From a virus: a DNA stretch of 64,000 nt. Shown here piece after piece: positions 58,336 to 64,000 of this stretch (position 1 is its first letter; every line of letters starts with the position of its first letter). Location of the stretch: the IMG/VR virus record IMGVR_UViG_3300046665_000361, positions 29,011 through 93,010 of that record, one strand, 5' to 3'. The notes under the pieces are model-generated. The model had not been told where the DNA came from, searched no databases, and worked only from the letters and a program-made list of their open reading frames with translations. The position numbers and the translations under genes were made by a program.

Positions 58336-59673
58336 TTACCTCAAGAAATTGTCGAGATCCAGCGGAGTGGTCCGGAGTTCCTTGGCGTGAGCCGAACCCA
58401 TCATAACCGCCATCATCTTGGAAGGGATGTCAGATACCATCGAACCTAACGAGTTAGGGAACGCGGCAAGTTTATCACCAATGCAGACTTTGCAGATATC
58501 GTTAGCACCTGCCAGACAGTACATCGGAGAGAACATCCCGTAGACTTGACCTTTGTATTGGTCAAGGTTTTCTTTCGTGACCTTCACAGCCTTACCGGCG
58601 TCGATGATAGTGCGACCGACAGCGGTATCTGCGATGGTTACGTCCAGGGTATCTTTCGTGCCGCAGAAGTCATCCACGATCCTGGAGTTTTGGAAGATAC
58701 GCCCCATGAGGTCAACGTCTTCTCCCGCAAGAGCAGTCAGAGCGCCCCGGTAGTAGGAACCTGCACGAAGCGAGTTCACCATGTCCGGATAGTGATCGAT
58801 ATCCAACCCTTCTTCAAGGGAATTGGTAATGAGTTTAGCCTGCCCCCCTTCAGAGAATCCAGACTCTGGACCGTGAATCAAGAACATGCGTTTCAGAGCA
58901 GTGTTCAAGGATTTCTTTTTGTACAGGAATCCTTCGGACGGATCGCCCTTGAGCTGCTCTTCAACATAGTTGGCGACCAACGTGTTCTGTACCTTGGCCT
59001 GAGTCACCGGGTCGTTGAGCGTTTCTTTGTTCTCATCGAGCTCTTTAGCCCGTAGCGCAGCATGGTTAGCTGGAGCTTGCAGAGACCGTTCAGTCACCGA
59101 TGGAACGAAGAACTCATACCCGGCGATATCGCCCACTGCCTTACCAAACCTCAGGTAATGCATGACGTAGATTTGTTTCGGATCTACGGCAGGACTAGTC
59201 GCCATATCGGTAGACGACAGGTTACTACCGCCAAGATAAGGATCATCGATCATTCGATCGACAATGAATTTCTCATCGGCCCCAAGATCAATTGGGTAGA
59301 CACGAAACGGCATCCTGTCCCCAACTGCGTAGACGATGATGCGGCTATTGTAGAGCAACTCACCCCAAGTCGAATCAGGGATGTCGGCGAACAAGTTCTC
59401 TACATCGCCAGCCTTCACAGGCCCAGAACTTTCGTGGTAGATGAAAGGGATCTCGTAGGGACTCACGCCCTCCAATTCCTCCCAGCCCCACTTGTCGCCG
59501 TGTTTAGCATAGACCTCTACCCGGTCCGGGGTGTGTCGTAGAGCCCACTCGATATTACCTGAACTCACTTCGTCGAGGACTACCGAGAATGCTCGCAGCA
59601 TCCAGCCCCGATGGTAATGAGCCTTGGCCTTCATCGAGTTGATGAAGTAATCGTATTTACGCATCTGCGCCAC
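58336..59673 (-). CDS. Virion RNAP beta' middle subunit (phiKZ gp80-like)
   Basis: RAGSYYRG..TA..G bridge-helix region, DFCGT, and zinc site SPMYC....ICKVC.G. Confidence 0.85.
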   Translation of the reverse strand: MAQMRKYDYFINSMKAKAHYHRGWMLRAFSVVLDEVSSGNIEWALRHTPDRVEVYAKHGDKWGWEELEGVSPYEIPFIYHESSGPVKAGDVENLFADIPDSTWGELLYNSRIIVYAVGDRMPFRVYPIDLGADEKFIVDRMIDDPYLGGSNLSSTDMATSPAVDPKQIYVMHYLRFGKAVGDIAGYEFFVPSVTERSLQAPANHAALRAKELDENKETLNDPVTQAKVQNTLVANYVEEQLKGDPSEGFLYKKKSLNTALKRMFLIHGPESGFSEGGQAKLITNSLEEGLDIDHYPDMVNSLRAGSYYRGALTALAGEDVDLMGRIFQNSRIVDDFCGTKDTLDVTIADTAVGRTIIDAGKAVKVTKENLDQYKGQVYGMFSPMYCLAGANDICKVCIGDKLAAFPNSLGSMVSDIPSKMMAVMMGSAHAKELRTTPLDLDNFLR

Positions 59674-60547
59674 CGAAGATAGGCTTGTAAGTTTCCGACA
59701 AACGAATCCTTACTTGTTCGGCTTCACGCCGCTGTTCAGGTTCGTAAAACAGATCATCGATACACCTGGAGACAGACTCCATGGCGACCTCATACCTTTC
59801 GTTAGAGATCACCGACAACGAGAAGACATCTTCTACAGCAGCCGCAATGGGCTTGTGGATGATGTTGCCGACATGAACTCCGTACAGCGATTCCGTAGAG
59901 ACACCCATGCCGGTGTTGTTTTTACCAAGCTCAGCACCGATGGTCTCACCGTTAGTACGTACCAGACGAGACAATCGTTTGAGAAGTTCCTGACCATGTG
60001 CGGGATCAATCTCCACCGTTTCATCCGCATCCGCTGTTTCTTTAAGCGAACGCAGAACGGTAGATGTGAAGTTAGGGCTGATCTCAAGGATCTCAGCGAT
60101 CCAATCAGTTTCCTCGAAGGTGCCCTGATATGACATTAACAACGCAAACGCGCTGTCTGCGTCTTCAGCAGAATTCAGTACGTCGATGAGTAGCGAAGGC
60201 GTGTCGGTAGGGTCGAAGTTACAAATCACGTCGACAGCTTCGCACAACATCACCAACGAGACTTCAGACTGCAACTCAACGCCGCAGATGTTCAACGAAC
60301 GCTCTGCTGCAACACGAAGTTCCTCATCAACACCAGGCACCACTTCTTCTGGAGAGATGTTGAGATCGTTGAGAGTAGCAAGCAAATTGTCGAGTGCATC
60401 AAAGTGCATCCGGCAACCAGCTTGTTCGAGAGCTGCGTTCAAACGAACGTACAGTTCTTCAAGTTCTGGAGAGCATCGATCGCGGACCAAGGTTCGAATA
60501 GTCCACTCCACAATGTTGTCAGGCGAACCTGTAAATAAAGGTCCCAT
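59657..60547 (-). CDS. Conserved hypothetical protein
   Basis: 296-aa acidic ORF overlapping the RNAP gene start. Confidence 0.65.
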   Translation of the reverse strand: MGPLFTGSPDNIVEWTIRTLVRDRCSPELEELYVRLNAALEQAGCRMHFDALDNLLATLNDLNISPEEVVPGVDEELRVAAERSLNICGVELQSEVSLVMLCEAVDVICNFDPTDTPSLLIDVLNSAEDADSAFALLMSYQGTFEETDWIAEILEISPNFTSTVLRSLKETADADETVEIDPAHGQELLKRLSRLVRTNGETIGAELGKNNTGMGVSTESLYGVHVGNIIHKPIAAAVEDVFSLSVISNERYEVAMESVSRCIDDLFYEPEQRREAEQVRIRLSETYKPIFGGADA

Positions 60548-60637
60548 TCGAAGTTTCCTCAGTTTTAAGTAACTAGTTAAATTTCTGACCCTATATATGG
60601 ATCAGTTCTGGCGTCATACTAGAAAGAGGTTTCTACC

Positions 60638-61108
60638 ATGCCCTCCCAAGAAAATGAAGGGTTCCGTGCAAGTGGCAGTAAAGTAGCCGATAATTGCACG
60701 GAACTCGAAAACGACACGCGTCGACAGCGCGCGCTTCTCAATAAGTCCATCAGTACCGCTTCGACTCCAATCGTTGACCTCCCTGAAACGCTCAGCAAGC
60801 TGAAACGCGAAGGTCGCCATCTGGACGCCGTAACGATCGGCAACCTCGTCAAGAATCTCGCTCGTGATGTAGATGCACTCATCAAAGAGCGTAACGACAT
60901 CGACAAGGTGTTCGACGAAATTATTACACAGCGTCCGCGTAAGTTGCGTCAGTTGTCTGATTATCATAACCGATTGATGGTTTGCGGTAGTCAGTATCTG
61001 GCGCTCAACCAGCGGGCGTTCAACACGGTCATGCGCGACTTCGATGATTATGTCGATCTCGTCGAACCGCCGCTCAGCCGACAACCAGCTTCTGCCGGGG
61101 TGATTTAA
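60638..61108 (+). CDS. Hypothetical protein
   Basis: GAGG SD; helical character. Confidence 0.65.
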   Translation: MPSQENEGFRASGSKVADNCTELENDTRRQRALLNKSISTASTPIVDLPETLSKLKREGRHLDAVTIGNLVKNLARDVDALIKERNDIDKVFDEIITQRPRKLRQLSDYHNRLMVCGSQYLALNQRAFNTVMRDFDDYVDLVEPPLSRQPASAGVI

Positions 61109-62926
61109 GTGAGTGACGATACAGTGGACGACCAACGTCCGTCCGAAGAAACAACGCTGCCACAACCTCTGGCACCGGCTCCTGTTGAAGCGACGTTCAA
61201 CGATGATGACGAGGTCCTTCCTGTTGAGCTCGTCGGTACTGACCCGCATCAGCATCAGGAAGTCCCGCAGGAAGTTCCGACTGAAGAGTTCGTTGCTGTT
61301 AAGGTATCTTCGCCAGTAGCTGATGACGAAGAAGCTCACTCTGAAGCGCCGGCGGACGATGCTGATGACGAAGCCGATCCTGAACCCTGGGGCGGTGAGT
61401 ACAAAGGCAACCCGAACGTCAAAGAAGATCTCAAGATCATCGAACCGTTGAGTGACGAAGAGCTCAAGAATCTGGCGAAGAACGGCAGCCTGCTGCTGTC
61501 CAACTTGTCGGTATCTGAACTCAACCTCATTCATGATGCGATCCAGGTCCAGATCAGCGCCAAACAGGCCGAACGTCAGGAGCTGGCTGAGAAGGGCATC
61601 GCCCAAGGCTATTATGCCATTGAGGCAGATTTGCCTGATGGTAGCAAGAATATCATCTTCGTTACCGAACATGAGCGGCGTGCCCTGACGATCCTCAGCG
61701 AATACGAAGCGACCCTGCGTCAATCGGCAGATGACGATCTGTTCGACGACAGCGAGTGGACCAACCGTCCTACTTACGGTGATGTTAAGGTCATCCCTGG
61801 GCGGCTGGATCACAGCAAGCATAAGGACCCGGTTCTTCGTATTCAGGGTAAGCTTGGCTTGGCTACGTCGTACAGCACCCCATTCTGGGGTAGCGGTATC
61901 CATCTGGTGATCGAAGGTGGTGCAGCGCTCGATGAGCTGAGTCTCAACGAACGTATCCTGCAAGAGAAGTCCGAGAGTGGTCGTCTGAGCTCTGGCTATA
62001 TCTACGGCGCCGGTGCTCTGTATCTGGTTCGTCCTGTCGTTGATTATGTCCTCGGTCAGGTCAAGAGTAGCACTGCCGGGGTTCAAGATCCTGACGAGCT
62101 CAAGAATCTGATGTTGATCACTGACATCGAACCGATGGCTACCGCAATGGCAGCCACGATGTATCCGGACGGTTATCTGTTGGAGCGGCCGTGCCTGACC
62201 ACCCAAGGTGGTTGCGGTAACATCGAACGCGGCAGAATCAACCTGCGCCGAATGGTGATGGTCCGCCGCTCGAAGATCACCGATGATCAAATGCAGTTCA
62301 TGACCAAACGGTCTGGCTACGTTGATCCATCGCGTATCCGTGAATACCAGAAGTCCATTCGTGCTGAAGTGAGTCGTCTGGTAGAGTTGGATGCTGGTCT
62401 GTTCTTGCGTCTGCGTGTACCGACTATTGCTGACTACGAACGTCTGGCCGATTCCTGGTTACAGACCATGGATGCGCGTGCACGTCAGGTGAGTCGTTCC
62501 GGCGGTTCCTTGGCTCAGCGCCAAGCGTACATGCTGAAGGCTCAAAACGTAGCGGTGGTAATGGCCTACGGTCACTGGATCGACGGTGTCCTCGAAAAGG
62601 ATGACGAAGATGGTCAGTTGGTCGCTACCGTGGAGCGGTACTACGGCGAGGATGCTGAAGAGCGCTTCAAGGCCGATAAGCAAATGGACCGTGTCCTTGA
62701 GTCACTTGCCAAACGTCCTGATCTGACAGACAAGATCAGTAACGCTCTGCGCAAGTTCATCTCTGACATGACGCTGTCGACACCGACGGTGCCAAAGACC
62801 ATTTGCAGTCAGTGTGGCAAACCTGTGTCCGGCGATGAAACATCGACCCACCCACACCTGGTCAATGTTAACTCACTTGAACTTTTTTTTACCCTTCTCC
62901 ACCAACGAATCCTGAGGCGAAGTTAA
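61109..62926 (+). CDS. Putative tail/baseplate assembly chaperone
   Basis: Acidic N-terminus, C..C zinc pairs (PCLTTQGGC, CSQC) and LRVPTIADY. It ends ...ELFFTLL over a T8 run. Function is inferred. Confidence 0.55.
   Translation: MSDDTVDDQRPSEETTLPQPLAPAPVEATFNDDDEVLPVELVGTDPHQHQEVPQEVPTEEFVAVKVSSPVADDEEAHSEAPADDADDEADPEPWGGEYKGNPNVKEDLKIIEPLSDEELKNLAKNGSLLLSNLSVSELNLIHDAIQVQISAKQAERQELAEKGIAQGYYAIEADLPDGSKNIIFVTEHERRALTILSEYEATLRQSADDDLFDDSEWTNRPTYGDVKVIPGRLDHSKHKDPVLRIQGKLGLATSYSTPFWGSGIHLVIEGGAALDELSLNERILQEKSESGRLSSGYIYGAGALYLVRPVVDYVLGQVKSSTAGVQDPDELKNLMLITDIEPMATAMAATMYPDGYLLERPCLTTQGGCGNIERGRINLRRMVMVRRSKITDDQMQFMTKRSGYVDPSRIREYQKSIRAEVSRLVELDAGLFLRLRVPTIADYERLADSWLQTMDARARQVSRSGGSLAQRQAYMLKAQNVAVVMAYGHWIDGVLEKDDEDGQLVATVERYYGEDAEERFKADKQMDRVLESLAKRPDLTDKISNALRKFISDMTLSTPTVPKTICSQCGKPVSGDETSTHPHLVNVNSLELFFTLLHQRILRRS
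62884..62890 (+). other. Candidate -1 ribosomal frameshift heptamer T TTT TTT
   Basis: In-frame codons CTT TTT TTT ACC. The -1 frame is open from 62881 to 63375 and is closed by TGA at 62878. Confidence 0.6.
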
Positions 62927-62964
62927 TTACGGACGCTGGCGTTTTCAGCCACCACACAGGCAAC

Positions 62965-63375
62965 ATGTGGTTCGGTAGAGACGTCAACCCGTATGAGCCA
63001 GGGAACCCAATCTACAATTTGATCATGAACGAAAACATCAAGGACGATTGGACTCAGAACCTCGCATTCATGGAAGCCTACGACACGGCATTCAAAATCC
63101 ATGACCACGAGAACTCTGACCATCCGTTCTCGATCATCGGCATGCACCCGGCAGAAGATGCAACCACAGGCGATAGCATATCCCACCTGATGGCTGAGTT
63201 GATCTCCTGTCGGATTCCTGAGGTGACTAACACTCCATTGTTGCAGTTGATGGAGCAGTACCCTCGCTGGCGTCTGAACAAGCTCATTGAGCAAGGGAGG
63301 AAGGCTAGGAACAAGGAAGAGAAGGCCCTCGAAGGTGTTGAGCGGTCTATCGATAATGCAATGCCAGATGCGTAG
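62965..63375 (+). CDS. Hypothetical protein, probably the frameshift extension of 61109..62926
   Basis: Lies in the -1 frame of the upstream gene and is open back to the slippery site; its SD is weak. Confidence 0.65.
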   Translation: MWFGRDVNPYEPGNPIYNLIMNENIKDDWTQNLAFMEAYDTAFKIHDHENSDHPFSIIGMHPAEDATTGDSISHLMAELISCRIPEVTNTPLLQLMEQYPRWRLNKLIEQGRKARNKEEKALEGVERSIDNAMPDA

Positions 63376-63388
63376 CGTTGGGTGGAGA

Positions 63389-63424
63389 CAGCATACAGCG
63401 GGGCTTGCGCCCCGCTGTATGCTG
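63389..63424. terminator. Bidirectional hairpin family copy
   Basis: 16-bp perfect stem CAGCATACAGCGGGGC-TTGC-GCCCCGCTGTATGCTG between convergent genes. Confidence 0.75.
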
Positions 63425-63427
63425 CAC

Positions 63428-64000
63428 TCAGTTGAAGATAGAAGCCAAGGACTTGCGTTGACGCCACAGCAGGTTCTGTTCTGCGATGGTGAACTTTTCC
63501 TTGTTGGCAACCACGTAGGCATCCAGCTTCTTCACAATACCGGCCGTGGCATTGTAGATGTTGCCGCTGACGTTGTTGCGGTTGTCAGTCAGATGACCAA
63601 GGCATTGCTCGATAGCCGTAAAGCCGCCGAGAGTCGAAGACAGCAACTTCAGGAAAGGAGTCAGCAACTTCAGGTAGACTTCTTCCAGACCTGGGTTCAA
63701 ACTACCGCCTGTGAACTCCTTGATCTTCTTCAGAGCCGGTTCAGTACGACCCTTAGCCCAACCTATCGTCTCGCTGATATCGCCAGCCCAAGGAGCGATG
63801 GTGTAGTTGGTCATCAGAGTGTTGAACTGCTGACGGTCAAGTGTCGACCGGTCATTGGTCCAGCTCTTGTACTTGCTGCGAATCACGCCAGCCTGTGCCT
63901 GGAAGTCGGTCAGGCTTGCATGGTTGACAGCGCCTGTCGGATTGTAACCGTAGTCACGAGCCAACTTCATCAGCTTGACGCTAGTCATGTCAACCAGTTT
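63428..64000 (-). CDS. Hypothetical, possibly virion, protein; probably 5'-truncated
   Basis: The frame stays open past ATG 63988 to the window edge. Confidence 0.6.
   Translation of the reverse strand, partial: KLVDMTSVKLMKLARDYGYNPTGAVNHASLTDFQAQAGVIRSKYKSWTNDRSTLDRQQFNTLMTNYTIAPWAGDISETIGWAKGRTEPALKKIKEFTGGSLNPGLEEVYLKLLTPFLKLLSSTLGGFTAIEQCLGHLTDNRNNVSGNIYNATAGIVKKLDAYVVANKEKFTIAEQNLLWRQRKSLASIFN

Noticed and set aside
2611-62290. Long antisense ORFs (e.g. 2611..4227, 9368..10606, 15477..16628, 34980..36605, 51366..53285, 60614..62290)
   Set aside because: They mirror real genes codon for codon. The codon bias of the sense genes suppresses stops on the opposite strand, and they show no motifs or SDs.
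1-64000. Assigning a host or a named phage
   Set aside because: Composition and gene order alone are not enough without a database search.

Overview
This window is a 64 kb segment of a nucleus-forming, phiKZ-related jumbo phage (Chimalliviridae-like), with a gene order resembling Salmonella phage SPN3US. From left to right it carries: a head protein, a virion RNAP beta' C-terminal subunit and the prohead protease; a block of small early genes; tail tube and sheath; three structural genes and the large terminase; PhuZ tubulin; an array of small acidic proteins; family B DNA polymerase; chimallin; non-virion RNAP (nvRNAP) subunits; an SbcD-like nuclease; the ChmC/gp68/PicA/gp70 cluster; a GIY-YIG endonuclease; an SF2 helicase; a virion RNAP beta' subunit; and a probable tail/baseplate chaperone pair. 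Assignments rest on visible motifs plus remembered synteny; no searches were run. The main observations are: (1) a T TTT TTT slippery site that would fuse the 605-aa ORF to the next ORF by a -1 frameshift, like lambda G/GT; (2) Arg/Asp/Ser mixed-charge tails shared by chimallin, PicA-like and gp70-like proteins; (3) an array of probably paralogous small proteins between phuZ and the polymerase; (4) an SSB-type DEDIPF tail on the ChmC-like protein; (5) a fixed-spacing early promoter motif and a family of hairpins followed by TATGC.
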